Shown here: positions 13,360 through 24,325 of the stretch, in pieces
How positions within the stretch are numbered: position 1 is the stretch's first letter
Layout of the letters: each line of letters opens with the position of its first letter
Assembly (NCBI RefSeq): GCF_032102605.1
Contig: NZ_DAMDGT010000002.1
Coordinates: 55,113-119,112, forward strand
DNA from: Achromobacter sp.
GTDB lineage: Bacteria; Pseudomonadota; Gammaproteobacteria; Burkholderiales; Burkholderiaceae_B
Direction of reading: 5' to 3'
DNA length: 64,000 nucleotides
Program-made: the position numbers and the translations under genes
Notes under the pieces: model-generated
Databases searched by the model: none
Told to the model about the DNA's origin: nothing
The model's input: the letters and a program-made list of their open reading frames with translations, nothing else

Positions 13360-14049
13360 ATGAAGATTCTGGTCGTTGAAGACGAGCGCAAGCTCGCCGA
13401 ATATCTAAAGCGTGCACTTTCAGAACACAACTATGTGGTCGATGTTGCATCGGACGGCGTCAGCGGGCTGCACCTTGCCCGAGAGACTCAGTACGACCTC
13501 ATTCTTCTGGACGTGATGCTTCCGGGGATGGATGGCTTTGCCGTGCTGCACGAACTGCGCAAGTCCGATCGCGTGCCCGTCCTTATGCTCACGGCGCGGG
13601 ACAAGGTCGAGGATCGAGTTCGGGGGCTGCAGGACGGCGCCGACGACTACTTGGTCAAGCCGTTCGCGCTATCTGAATTGCTAGCGCGCGTCCTCGCATT
13701 GGGCCGCCGGAGGGGGCATGTTGTCGCCGAGACCAGTAGACAGAATGTCTTGAAAGTTGGAGATCTCGAACTTGATCTCCTTCGGCGCAAGGCTAGTCGG
13801 GCCGGCACGCGCCTCGATTTGACAGCCAAAGAATTTACGCTTCTCGCCCTTCTGATGCGAAAGCAGGGGGAAGTTCTGTCTCGCCTGGATCTTGCCGAAC
13901 AAGTATGGGACATCAACTTCAACAGCAATACCAATGTGGTGGAGGTTGCTGTACGGCGCCTTCGGGGAAAAGTGGATGATCCATTTGAAACCAAGATCCT
14001 TCATACCGTGCGCGGGATGGGTTACGTGCTCGAGCTGAGGGAGGAGTAA
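13360..14049 (+). CDS. OmpR-family heavy-metal response regulator (CzcR/CusR-like)
   Basis: MKILVVEDERKLAEYL...DLILLDVMLPGMDGF...ADDYLVKPFALSELLARV...VRGMGYVLE. The ATG at 13360 is preferred over the TTG at 13351. Its stop overlaps the start of the kinase gene. Confidence 0.9.
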   Translation: MKILVVEDERKLAEYLKRALSEHNYVVDVASDGVSGLHLARETQYDLILLDVMLPGMDGFAVLHELRKSDRVPVLMLTARDKVEDRVRGLQDGADDYLVKPFALSELLARVLALGRRRGHVVAETSRQNVLKVGDLELDLLRRKASRAGTRLDLTAKEFTLLALLMRKQGEVLSRLDLAEQVWDINFNSNTNVVEVAVRRLRGKVDDPFETKILHTVRGMGYVLELREE

Positions 14050-15395
14050 TGGGATTTCGCGAGATCAGTTCTCTGCGCCAATGGCTGTCTCGCTGGCTCG
14101 CGCTCCAGACATTTGTCGCACTGGGAGTTGTCTGTCTTGTCGTGTACTGGGCGACAAATATGAATCTATCCTACCGCCAGCAGGCCCTACTAGAACAGAA
14201 GCGCGAAGTCATCGAGCATCTCGCTGATGAATTCGCCTCTAAAGGCGACTTATCCGCACTCGAACATAAGCTGAATGACTTCTTTTATGGAAAGTCTGAG
14301 TTTTCCTTGCGACTTGTCATCAATCAGAAAATCAGCGTTTATGGTGAGCCTGCCGTAGCGGCGACGGACGCAAATCGAATACAGACGACCTTTTCTCTGC
14401 CTGCGCCCAGCCGGCCAGACAGAAGGATGACTGCTGAGCTGTTTCTGGACACCACACCGGATGTGCGGCTTCGAGTGATGCTGGCATGGACGCTGTTTGC
14501 TTGTGCAGTGATCGGTGCGATAGTTGTTTCCGTTATAGCCAACGTCCTGGTCCGACGCGCACTGCTTCCTCTCCACGAAGTGGCTCGCCAGGCCGCGTTG
14601 ATATCGCCTGATCGCATCGGAGAACGACTGAAGGAAACGGGGTTGGCGCAAGAGATCAAACCTTTGGTCCTGCAGTTCAATGCGCTGCTACAACGGCTAG
14701 AGCGCGCCTATGTCCAAATGGAAGGCTTCAACGCAGACGTCGCACATGAACTACGTACGCCTCTCGCGACGCTCATAGGAGAAACAGAATTCGCCCTCGC
14801 AGCACATCGATCACCAGTTGATTTGCGAGACGTGCTCGGGTCAAATCTGGAAGAGCTCCAGCGTATGACCGCCATTGTCAACGACATGCTCTTTCTCTCA
14901 CAGGCTGACCGCGGGGCAAGGGCGCGGGCCGAGCATGTTGAGAGCCTACGCGCGATTACCACGGAAGTTCTTGAATACCACGAGGCGGAAGCACTCGACG
15001 CGATGGTTAACTTAACCGTCTTGGGTGATCAGGCTGGGGATGTGGACCGCTCGCTCTATCAACGTGCGATATCTAATTTGGTTTCGAATGCCATTCGCTA
15101 CAGCAAGCCAAACTCAAGTGTGACGGTTAGTCTGTCCAGGGCCAACGACGGGAAGATACACGTCACGGTACACAATCTCGGTGAGCAAATCGAACCGCAA
15201 CACCTACCGCGCCTCTTTTACCGGTTCTACCGGTCCGACTCTGCTCGTGCGAGCGACGCGAACCATCACGGCCTCGGCCTGGCCATCGTTGCCGCAATTG
15301 CACGGATGCACGGCGGCACTCCCTTAGTAAGATCGGACTCGTCAGGCACGACCATCGGCTTCAGCATAGCTGCAGACTTCGATCCATCCAACTAG
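14049..15395 (+). CDS. Heavy-metal sensor histidine kinase (CzcS/CusS-like)
   Basis: Two TM segments flank a periplasmic domain, followed by HAMP. H-box FNADVAHELRTPLA, N-box LVSNAIRYS and G-box HHGLGLAIV are present. Confidence 0.9.
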   Translation: MGFREISSLRQWLSRWLALQTFVALGVVCLVVYWATNMNLSYRQQALLEQKREVIEHLADEFASKGDLSALEHKLNDFFYGKSEFSLRLVINQKISVYGEPAVAATDANRIQTTFSLPAPSRPDRRMTAELFLDTTPDVRLRVMLAWTLFACAVIGAIVVSVIANVLVRRALLPLHEVARQAALISPDRIGERLKETGLAQEIKPLVLQFNALLQRLERAYVQMEGFNADVAHELRTPLATLIGETEFALAAHRSPVDLRDVLGSNLEELQRMTAIVNDMLFLSQADRGARARAEHVESLRAITTEVLEYHEAEALDAMVNLTVLGDQAGDVDRSLYQRAISNLVSNAIRYSKPNSSVTVSLSRANDGKIHVTVHNLGEQIEPQHLPRLFYRFYRSDSARASDANHHGLGLAIVAAIARMHGGTPLVRSDSSGTTIGFSIAADFDPSN

Positions 15396-15552
15396 AACCA
15401 GGCTAGAGATTTTGGCGCTCCTGCATGATTATGCAGTGGGCGCCAAAGTCGTTTGTGGAGCAGTACGGTGTCGCGGACCATTTGACATCTAGCGAATCAC
15501 CTTGGGCAGCGATGCTTCTAAAGAGGTGCTCGCCGGAAAGAGCGACAGGGAA

Positions 15553-15590
15553 ATTACAGATTTCCGCCTTTTTGTTTGCAGATTCGTAAT
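15553..15590. promoter_or_regulatory. Operator candidate TTTGCA-GATT-CGTAAT plus upstream half site ATTACAGATT
   Basis: Upstream of the third regulator gene. The right half GATTCGTAAT is identical to the box at 13165..13174. Confidence 0.45.
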
Positions 15591-15767
15591 TGACGAGTTT
15601 GGGTTCTGACGAAGCCTGGCCGCTACAGTAGCTTTACATGTAAAGCGATGCCAGGAGCCGGAAGGCGAGCAATGTAGTGTTACGTTGACCAGGCTGCAAC
15701 GGCGGAGCGATCACCGATCCCACTCGCTCTTTTCAACGTCATTTTCAATGACGTATTCAAACCACAA

Positions 15768-16460
15768 ATGAAAATTTTAGTTATTGAAGACGAGCAAAAA
15801 CTGGCCGAAATGTTGCGCCGCAGCCTTACGGATAACAGCTATATCGTTGATATCGCAATGGACGGCGTCAGCGGTCTGCACCTTACCTATGAGACGCAAT
15901 ACGACCTGATCATTCTTGACATCGGTCTGCCCGGCTTAGATGGTTTTGAGGTTTTACAGCGCATTCGTAAAAACGACAATGTACCTGTCATGATGTTGAC
16001 CTCTCGATCAAGTCTTGAGGACAGAGTTCGCGGTTTAGAGCAGGGGGCCGATGATTATTTAGTCAAGCCGTTTGCGCTCTCCGAGCTTCAGGCAAGAGTG
16101 CTCGCGCTTAAACGGCGCCGGACGGCATCCGGCGACACCATATCCAGCGGAAATATTCTTCGCGTAGCTGACCTCGAACTGGACCTTCTTCGCCGACGAG
16201 TGGCGCGAGGCACTGCTCGCATAGACCTCACAGCCAAGGAATTTGGGCTGCTGACGTTCCTGATGCGGCGCCAAGGCGAAGTATTGTCGCGCCTGGTCCT
16301 TGCGGAACAAGTTTGGGACATAAACTTCAACAGTAATACGAACGTGGTGGAGGTCGCGATCCGCCGCCTTCGCGCCAAGGTCGACGATCCGTTCGAAACA
16401 AAATTGCTGCACACCGTCAGAGGAATGGGCTATACCATCGAGTATCGTGAGCCCGGGTAG
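15768..16460 (+). CDS. Orphan OmpR-family heavy-metal response regulator (third paralog)
   Basis: MKILVIEDEQKLAEML...; the C-terminal DNA-binding region AEQVWDINFNSNTNVVEVAIRRLRAKVDDPFETKLLHTVRGMGY is almost identical to the regulator at 13360. No kinase gene follows. Confidence 0.9.
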   Translation: MKILVIEDEQKLAEMLRRSLTDNSYIVDIAMDGVSGLHLTYETQYDLIILDIGLPGLDGFEVLQRIRKNDNVPVMMLTSRSSLEDRVRGLEQGADDYLVKPFALSELQARVLALKRRRTASGDTISSGNILRVADLELDLLRRRVARGTARIDLTAKEFGLLTFLMRRQGEVLSRLVLAEQVWDINFNSNTNVVEVAIRRLRAKVDDPFETKLLHTVRGMGYTIEYREPG

Positions 16461-16578
16461 GTTTGCCACTGCCGATCTGCCGATAGTGGCCCTACTGGCT
16501 ATCCACGCAAAAAATAGAGGACATAGCGGGTGATGGGTACCCCCCTATGTCCTCCACTCGTTAAATGCGCACTACGCG

Positions 16579-17736
16579 TCAGAATGCGTGGCGCAAGCCG
16601 ATCACTGCTTCCGTGGCTTTAGCATCATCTTGGAATGCAAAGTTATTCGTATACGTGGCAGCCGCGTACATTGTCGTGCGCTTCGACAGCGTATACGAGT
16701 AACCCAACGCAAACGTGTTGCTGGTCGAGTCACCACCCGTCAGATCGCTGTTGTTCGGGTCGACTCGTTGCCACGAACCAAACATGCTGCTTGCGCCACC
16801 CAGGGGGACCGATGCAGCAATCACGTAGGAATTCGAGCTAAAACCATCGACGAACGTGTTGGACGGCGTACCGCGGAAGGTTCCAATCGAGGCGCTCGAG
16901 GGGAGCCCCTTGCCAGCGAACCAGCCATCCGTGGCTCGTTCGTACGCTAGCGCCAGTTTGAAGACTTCAAAGTCGTACGAGCCACCCAGCGTGAATGAGC
17001 GAGGAGTCGCCGCAGTTTGGGCTGAGGATAGTTTGTTCGACGCATTCAATTGCTCATAGGCGAAGAATGCCATGAGCGGACCATTTGCGTAGCTAACGCC
17101 AGTCGTAATTGCTCGAGTGTTATCGGCCGTCCGGAAGCCCGTCTGGGCCGCGTTGCGGTCGTCAGCATTAAACGCATACCCAGCCGACACGCGGAAGCCG
17201 CCCATTGAAGGGCTTTCATATAGCGCCAGGTTGTCATAGCGCACGAAATACGAGCCGCTGAAGCCAAGGCCTCCGCCCGTATTGAGCTGTGTGAAGCCGC
17301 CGCCGAATCCGGAGCCATACATCGAAGCCATAAGACGCGACGCTACGTTGTACTGGCGCCCAAGACGAAATTCACCCCATTGGTCGCTGCCAAGCCCGAT
17401 GGTAGCTTCACGTCCGAACAAACGATTGTTTTGGAGAGACGAGCCGTCAGCGGAATCGTAGCCGGACTCGAGGCGGAAGGTCGCGTACAGGCCATCACCC
17501 AAATCCTCCTTTCCGCGCAAGCCCCACCGCGAGCCGGCAGTTTGGCCAGTGGTCATCGCCACGCGGCTTCCCTTGAAGTCGGACTTTACGCCCGTTTGAG
17601 GATCGATATAGGACCCATCGACCTTGGCGTAGCCAATCCCGGTATCAATAATTCCATACAGCGTGACCGACGTCTCGGCATACGCAGCCGTGGAAAGTGT
17701 TGCCGCAGAAATTGCCAGCAATAGAGATTTCTTCAC
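16579..17736 (-). CDS. Gram-negative general porin (Burkholderia/Neisseria porin_4 type)
   Basis: GTG at 17736 preceded by AAGGAG gives VKKSLLLAISAATLSTAAYAETSVTLYGIIDTGIGY and a C-terminal ...GLRHAF beta-barrel signature. The upstream 33 codons in the track ORF are not protein-like. Confidence 0.85.
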   Translation of the reverse strand: MKKSLLLAISAATLSTAAYAETSVTLYGIIDTGIGYAKVDGSYIDPQTGVKSDFKGSRVAMTTGQTAGSRWGLRGKEDLGDGLYATFRLESGYDSADGSSLQNNRLFGREATIGLGSDQWGEFRLGRQYNVASRLMASMYGSGFGGGFTQLNTGGGLGFSGSYFVRYDNLALYESPSMGGFRVSAGYAFNADDRNAAQTGFRTADNTRAITTGVSYANGPLMAFFAYEQLNASNKLSSAQTAATPRSFTLGGSYDFEVFKLALAYERATDGWFAGKGLPSSASIGTFRGTPSNTFVDGFSSNSYVIAASVPLGGASSMFGSWQRVDPNNSDLTGGDSTSNTFALGYSYTLSKRTTMYAAATYTNNFAFQDDAKATEAVIGLRHAF

Positions 17737-18231
17737 AAATTGCTCCTTATCACAGAGGCGGACTGGATGGCCTCGCCGATAGAAGAAATGCGAAGTCCGT
17801 TTCGCATTTCTCGTTTCGCAGTGTCTATCCGGCAAGTGCCAAGCAAGTGTGGAGAGTGTTCATCGACAAAAAACCAACGATTCGATTACATATATGTCTG
17901 CGTACGGTCATTAATTTCCCCGAATAGCTGCGTTTGGACGCAACTCCATGTTTCCTCTCGATTTTGCTGTAGCAAAGGAGAATTCAGACCGGTGAACGCA
18001 CGCCGCCAATCCTGATACGGACTCGAAGTATCGTTGCACGATCACAACATCCCTGCCGACATTGGAGTAGAAATCTCGCGGATCTCACATTTCCAAATCC
18101 GGACAAAAACGTAATTTTGTGGTCGCGGTTTGGATCGGATGGCTTCGATACAATTGCTATACGCGTTAAGTGATGATGATTTATTAAGACCGGCGTTAAT
18201 GCGTACCGCCGGTAATCAAATGGAGTTGGCG

Positions 18232-18543
18232 ATGAAAATTTCCCTCAAGATGCTTTCGGCCATCGTATTGGTCGCAACACCCATGGCGTACGCCGGGGCG
18301 CAGACTGCTGTATCGGCGAACACTGCAGCCTCGACGTACTCTAGCGGAGTTGAACGGGGACTCACTCGAGCGGAAGTACGAGCAGACCTGGCCATGTGGA
18401 AACGAGCAGGAGTGGATCGCTTCTGGAATCAGAGCGAAACGCCCGACATTTATAGCCGCGAATACAAAATGGCTTATGCGGAATATGTTCGCCTTCGCAG
18501 CGGCGCCGAGTATCAACAAGAGTTGGAACGCCTCAAACGCTAA
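18232..18543 (+). CDS. Small secreted protein, DUF4148-like
   Basis: GGAG RBS then MKISLKMLSAIVLVATPMAYAGA (signal peptide), followed by LTRAEVRADLAMWKRAGVD. Paralog of the gene at 18882..19163. Confidence 0.7.
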   Translation: MKISLKMLSAIVLVATPMAYAGAQTAVSANTAASTYSSGVERGLTRAEVRADLAMWKRAGVDRFWNQSETPDIYSREYKMAYAEYVRLRSGAEYQQELERLKR

Positions 18544-18566
18544 GGCGATCTCCACCGGCGGCGAGC

Positions 18567-18602
18567 GGCCTCCTCCACCGCGAAGGGAAGAGGCCTTTTT
18601 TG
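18567..18602 (+). terminator. Rho-independent terminator candidate
   Basis: GGCCTCCTCC-loop-GGAAGAGGCC stem followed by a T7 run, 24 nt after the stop at 18543. Confidence 0.6.
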
Positions 18603-18881
18603 GTGCACATTCTATTGAAATGTGCACCTTTTTTTATGACATTCTCAGATCAAGACCCCGCCTTTTCCTCATCGCCCGGTCGGCTCATAGCGGTTGGAGA
18701 GAATAGGCTGTTCAAACGGCGAGAGCGACGCTCGCATACCGCCAATATGGCCTCGAGCGTCGCATCCAAGGTGGGTTGCCAACGATTTTCTTCGGTATTT
18801 CTGGACGGTGCGAAAATTACAGGCGACAGTCCCGCCACCCTCACAGCCAGAGCCGCGTGCACAGTATGGGGGAACGCAGCA

Positions 18882-19163
18882 TTACTGCTCTTCGTTCGTG
18901 AGACGAGCAAGTTCCTCCTGATATTCCCCACCGTTTCGGAGCTCCAAATAGTTGGAATAGCTCTTACGATAGGACGCACTGTAGACATTGGGCGTGCGCC
19001 TACCTTTATAGAATTTGTCCATTCCCGCTAGCTTCCACATGGCCAAGTCAGCCCGCACTTCTGCGCGTGTCTTCCCACCTTCGGGCAATGGCACAGGGCT
19101 GCTGGTTATCGCGCAGCCAGAAAGCAACACCACCGACATCGCAATTGCGAGACGAATCCTCAT
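18882..19163 (-). CDS. DUF4148-like lipoprotein
   Basis: MRIRLAIAMSVVLLSGC (lipobox) followed by KTRAEVRADLAMWKLAGMDKFY...YLELRNGGEYQEELARL, closely parallel to 18232..18543. Confidence 0.7.
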   Translation of the reverse strand: MRIRLAIAMSVVLLSGCAITSSPVPLPEGGKTRAEVRADLAMWKLAGMDKFYKGRRTPNVYSASYRKSYSNYLELRNGGEYQEELARLTNEEQ

Positions 19164-19265
19164 ACATAACCTTCGAAGGTAGTTTCGCCAATGCATGGAG
19201 GAGCACCCAAACGCGTAAAACCTCCCGACGAATGAGCGCTACCTCCTGCCAAAAAGCGGCGGCAT

Positions 19266-19601
19266 TTATGCACCGGTGTTGTAGATTTCGTCTATGCGCG
19301 CACGCTCTTCGGGGGTGATTGAATCGCGTTCTTTTGCAACTTGCTCGCGGGTTTTTTCAGTAGGAACCATCCATCCGGGTTTCGCCGCATTGAGGTTCGT
19401 GAAGAACCATTCCCTTTTGTTGGATTTTGCGGCAACCAGCTCCTGCCTAACTTGCTCGGAGGTCTTTCCACTTTGGCTGTCGCCAACGTGCACTTCGTAG
19501 CCAATCTCAGTGTTGGCATTGTGAAATGTGTCGGCTTGAGCAGACGAACCCAGAACAGTCAGGGCGATGGCGACGGCGGCGCTAGAAATAGTTGCTTTCA
19601 T
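19266..19601 (-). CDS. Small secreted protein, DUF4148-like (two TxEQV motifs)
   Basis: ATG at 19601 gives MKATISSAAVAIALTVLGSSAQA (signal peptide), followed by KTSEQVRQELVAAK and KTREQVAKERD. Confidence 0.6.
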   Translation of the reverse strand: MKATISSAAVAIALTVLGSSAQADTFHNANTEIGYEVHVGDSQSGKTSEQVRQELVAAKSNKREWFFTNLNAAKPGWMVPTEKTREQVAKERDSITPEERARIDEIYNTGA

Positions 19602-19692
19602 ATCAGTGATCCTCACATTGGTTAGGTCGTCGCGCAGATGCGACTGAATTAATAATGTAAGGATCCCGTTCCGACAGATTGCCGTCATTGCG

Positions 19693-19708
19693 ATTACAAA
19701 TCTGTAAT
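19693..19708. promoter_or_regulatory. Perfect inverted repeat ATTACA-AATC-TGTAAT (operator candidate)
   Basis: Lies in the divergent region between the DUF4148-like gene (19601, -) and the P-type ATPase (19924, +). Confidence 0.55.
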
Positions 19709-19923
19709 CCTGCGACACTTCGACTGTTCTGCTTTAGACTTTCGATTATGCCGGGTCGCGAGACATTGCCGCGCATCATAGACATCTTAACGCGTACCGG
19801 ATAGCACCTGCACGACCCGCCTCCCATAAAACACCAGATGGGCCTATGTCTTGCCTTCTGACTGGGAAGAATTAAGCGTGACTGTTCGCATGAATTGCAT
19901 TCCTATCCAAAGCAAGGAAAAAA

Positions 19924-21876
19924 ATGAATAGTTTCACCACGGCGACTAAAGCGCTCTCAGCGGAGATTTATTTTGCTTTAGCATGCGGCGCGCTGCTGGG
20001 CACCGGGGCCGCGATTCAACGCTGGTGGCCGTCTATCCCGGCATGGATCCCTCTCGCCATGTACGTTTTTGCGTACGCGTTTGGAGGAATCTTCACCGTG
20101 CGAGACGCCGTCAATAGCTGGAAGGAGCGGCGTCTGGAAATCGACAGTTTGATGCTCATTGCCGCCGCTGGTGCTGCAGCGCTCGGCGCATGGGCCGAAG
20201 GCGCTCTCCTCCTCTTCTTGTTCAGCCTCGGGCACGCGCTGGAGCATTTCGCGATGGGCCGGGCGAAGCGGGCAATCGAAGCCCTGGGAGAGCTTGCGCC
20301 AAAGACGGCTACGGTTCGCCGCAACGGTGAACTTTTCGAAATTGCGATCGAAGAAATTGAGGTGGGCGACGAGGTACTCGTCAAGCCGAACACGCGTCTT
20401 CCCGCTGACGGCTTTGTCATCAAGGGAACATCGAGTGTCGATCAATCACCCATAACGGGCGAGAGCATCCCCGTGGACAAGGCCCCAGTGCTAGACGCTG
20501 CCATTGCGCGCAGCCGTCCGGCTGGCATCGAGCCCAGATCTCAAGTGTTCGCCGGCACGATTAACGGGTCAGGTTTGATGGAGGTCGAGGTCACTCGTAA
20601 GTCGCGCGACTCCGCCCTTGCCCGCGTCGTAGCTCTGGTCGAGCAGGCTGACATCAGAAGGTCACCAACTCAGCGCTTCACAGACAGATTCGAGCGAATC
20701 TTTGTGCCGACCGTCCTAAGCATCGCGATCCTATTACTTTTCGCTTGGGTCATTGTTGATGAGCCATTTCGCGATAGCTTCTACCGGGCTATGGCGGTGC
20801 TTGTCGCAGCCAGCCCCTGTGCGCTTGCCATCGCGACGCCGAGCGCAGTTCTTTCAGGTATCGCTCGCGCGGCACGGGGCGGCGTACTCATCAAGGGCGG
20901 CGCGCCGCTGGAGGAATTGGGAAGCCTGAAAGCACTAGCTTTTGACAAAACCGGTACCTTAACCGAAGGCCGCCCTCGAATCACCGACATCTCGCCGGCA
21001 CCTGGAGTCTCCGAACAGGAGCTAGTCGCGGTTGCGGTGGCGGTAGAGTTACTAAGTGATCATCCCCTAGCCGCTGCCATTGTGCGAGATGGTCGAAAAA
21101 TTCTCGGAACGTATCCGATCCCAGAGGCTTACCAGGTGGAGAATCTCGTCGGCCAGGGACTCTCAGCCAAAGTGAACTCTCAAAGCGTATGGATCGGAAA
21201 GGTCGAGATGTTCGGCGCGTCTGGCATCCCCCAGCTCGAAAGCTCGACGACGGCCGTCGCCAACAAGTTGCGAGAAGATGGCCGAACAACGACGGTCGTG
21301 CGACTGGGAGACCGTGATCTCGGTGCCATTGGGCTAATGGACACCCCACGGCAGGGAGCTGCCGATACGATAGATGATCTGCGACAGCTCGGGATTTCTC
21401 ACATGGTGATGATCTCTGGCGACCATGAGAACGTCGCCCGCGCCATCGCAAGCGAAGTGGGCATTGAGGACGCGCGGGGCAATCTAATGCCGGAGGACAA
21501 GGTTCAAGTGATCCGCGATCTTAGGGCTGAGGCTCAAATCGCGATGATTGGAGACGGTGTGAACGATGCTCCCGCCATGGCAAATGCGACTGTGGGTATT
21601 GCGATGGGTGCCGCCGGATCAGACGTGGCGCTCGAGACGGCCGATGTCGCCTTAATGGCGGATGACCTGAGTCACCTGCCTTTTGCGGTCGGGCTGAGTC
21701 GCCAGACTCGACGCATCATTCGTCAGAATTTGTACGTTAGTCTCGGTATCGTCGCTGTCTTAGTGCCTGCGACGATCATGGGGCTGAGCATGGGTGCCGC
21801 GGTGGCCGTCCATGAAGGATCGACGCTGCTCGTAGTGTTTAACGCTCTGAGATTGCTGGCCTACCGAAAGGACTAG
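19924..21876 (+). CDS. Heavy-metal P-type ATPase, P1B-4-like (SPC motif, no N-terminal metal-binding domain)
   Basis: 650 aa with TM motif VAASPCALAIATP (SPC rather than CPC), DKTGTLTEG, GDGVNDAP and HEGSTLLVVFNALRLL in the last TM. There are no CxxC heavy-metal-associated domains. Confidence 0.85.
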   Translation: MNSFTTATKALSAEIYFALACGALLGTGAAIQRWWPSIPAWIPLAMYVFAYAFGGIFTVRDAVNSWKERRLEIDSLMLIAAAGAAALGAWAEGALLLFLFSLGHALEHFAMGRAKRAIEALGELAPKTATVRRNGELFEIAIEEIEVGDEVLVKPNTRLPADGFVIKGTSSVDQSPITGESIPVDKAPVLDAAIARSRPAGIEPRSQVFAGTINGSGLMEVEVTRKSRDSALARVVALVEQADIRRSPTQRFTDRFERIFVPTVLSIAILLLFAWVIVDEPFRDSFYRAMAVLVAASPCALAIATPSAVLSGIARAARGGVLIKGGAPLEELGSLKALAFDKTGTLTEGRPRITDISPAPGVSEQELVAVAVAVELLSDHPLAAAIVRDGRKILGTYPIPEAYQVENLVGQGLSAKVNSQSVWIGKVEMFGASGIPQLESSTTAVANKLREDGRTTTVVRLGDRDLGAIGLMDTPRQGAADTIDDLRQLGISHMVMISGDHENVARAIASEVGIEDARGNLMPEDKVQVIRDLRAEAQIAMIGDGVNDAPAMANATVGIAMGAAGSDVALETADVALMADDLSHLPFAVGLSRQTRRIIRQNLYVSLGIVAVLVPATIMGLSMGAAVAVHEGSTLLVVFNALRLLAYRKD

Positions 21877-22165
21877 CTGGTTCCGAAACGAGCTTTGCGA
21901 ATGGCGCCCGCCGGGCAGTTCGAGACGCGCCAATAGTGACAGGGAGCGAACCCGTACGGAATACTCAGAAGCATCATTCTATAGACATTCGTCATGTCTC
22001 ATTGAACCGCCTCGGGTATCGCGGAGGCTAATTGGTTAAATTAAAACGGCTTCGTCGGCGGCTCTGCGAGTTAAGTGTAATCTGCCTCAGCCTCGGCGCG
22101 CGGAATAGAGCCGATCCACGAGTGCATGGCGTTTAGGGTTGAACTAGGCGCCCCTCCAAGGTGGC

Positions 22166-23400
<1,235 letters not shown>

Positions 23401-23524
23401 GCTTGCGCCATATCCACGGCGCTGCGGACGCAGAAGCGCCGGCACGATAAGCAGGAATGACGACGACCTTGCAAAATAAGGTGGCATATATAAGGTTTAT
23501 TTGCACCCACCCTAAAATGAGTTC

Positions 23525-24289
23525 GTGCTAGGGTTTCGTCTTCATAGACATCATGCGAGGACGACAACCGTGACCCAGCTCCTTCCCCATACCAAAAGGA
23601 AGCCATATCACCCCGTGGTGATCAATATCCTGAAGAAGCGGTCGGCGCGGGTCGTGCTTGACGCACCGTGCGGCCACGGCTGGCTGGGCAACGAACTACC
23701 TCGTGTTGAACCGGCCGCGCTTATCGACGGTCTTGGCCTTTGGGAGTATCCGGACGCTGTGCCCGCCTACAGGTGCGTCCAAGAGCACGACCTGGATGAG
23801 CCGCTGCCGGCTGCGCTCCAGGGGTATGACGCCGTAGTCTGCGGCGAAGCAATACACCTGCTGAAGAGCCCCGGTACGGCCCTGGCCGGCTTTAGGGCAG
23901 CGTTGCGGCCCGGCGGTACCCTTGTCATCACCACGCCCAACACTTGGCACGCCCGATCGCGAGGCCAATTTTTTCTGCGGGGGTTCCATTCAGGCTTTAG
24001 CCCCATGTACGGAAAAAGGCGCGGCGAATACATCACCTATTTCCCCTTCTCGTTCCCACAGCTGCACTTGATCCTGACTCAAAGCGGCTTCCGAAATGTA
24101 CAACTGCATGACGTGGACGAGCCAAAGCCGAAACGACCGCTCGAACGGCTGCTAGGATGGCCAGGCGAAGTGTATTGCCGACGAAAGGCGGCGGCAGCCG
24201 ATACCGCGGAGGAGCGCGATTTCTGGACTCAGGCTGGCAGCAAGCAATCGCTCTATGGACGCTGGCTGGTTGTCACCGCGCAACGATGA
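23525..24289 (+). CDS. Class I SAM-dependent methyltransferase
   Basis: Motif I VVLDAPCGHGWLG and post-I/II region YDAVVCGEAIHLL...LRPGGTLVITTPN. Start uncertain; the substrate cannot be inferred. Confidence 0.65.
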   Translation: MLGFRLHRHHARTTTVTQLLPHTKRKPYHPVVINILKKRSARVVLDAPCGHGWLGNELPRVEPAALIDGLGLWEYPDAVPAYRCVQEHDLDEPLPAALQGYDAVVCGEAIHLLKSPGTALAGFRAALRPGGTLVITTPNTWHARSRGQFFLRGFHSGFSPMYGKRRGEYITYFPFSFPQLHLILTQSGFRNVQLHDVDEPKPKRPLERLLGWPGEVYCRRKAAAADTAEERDFWTQAGSKQSLYGRWLVVTAQR

Positions 24290-24325
24290 CAACCGTGGCT
24301 GGACAGCAGCGGGCCCAGCCCGCCT

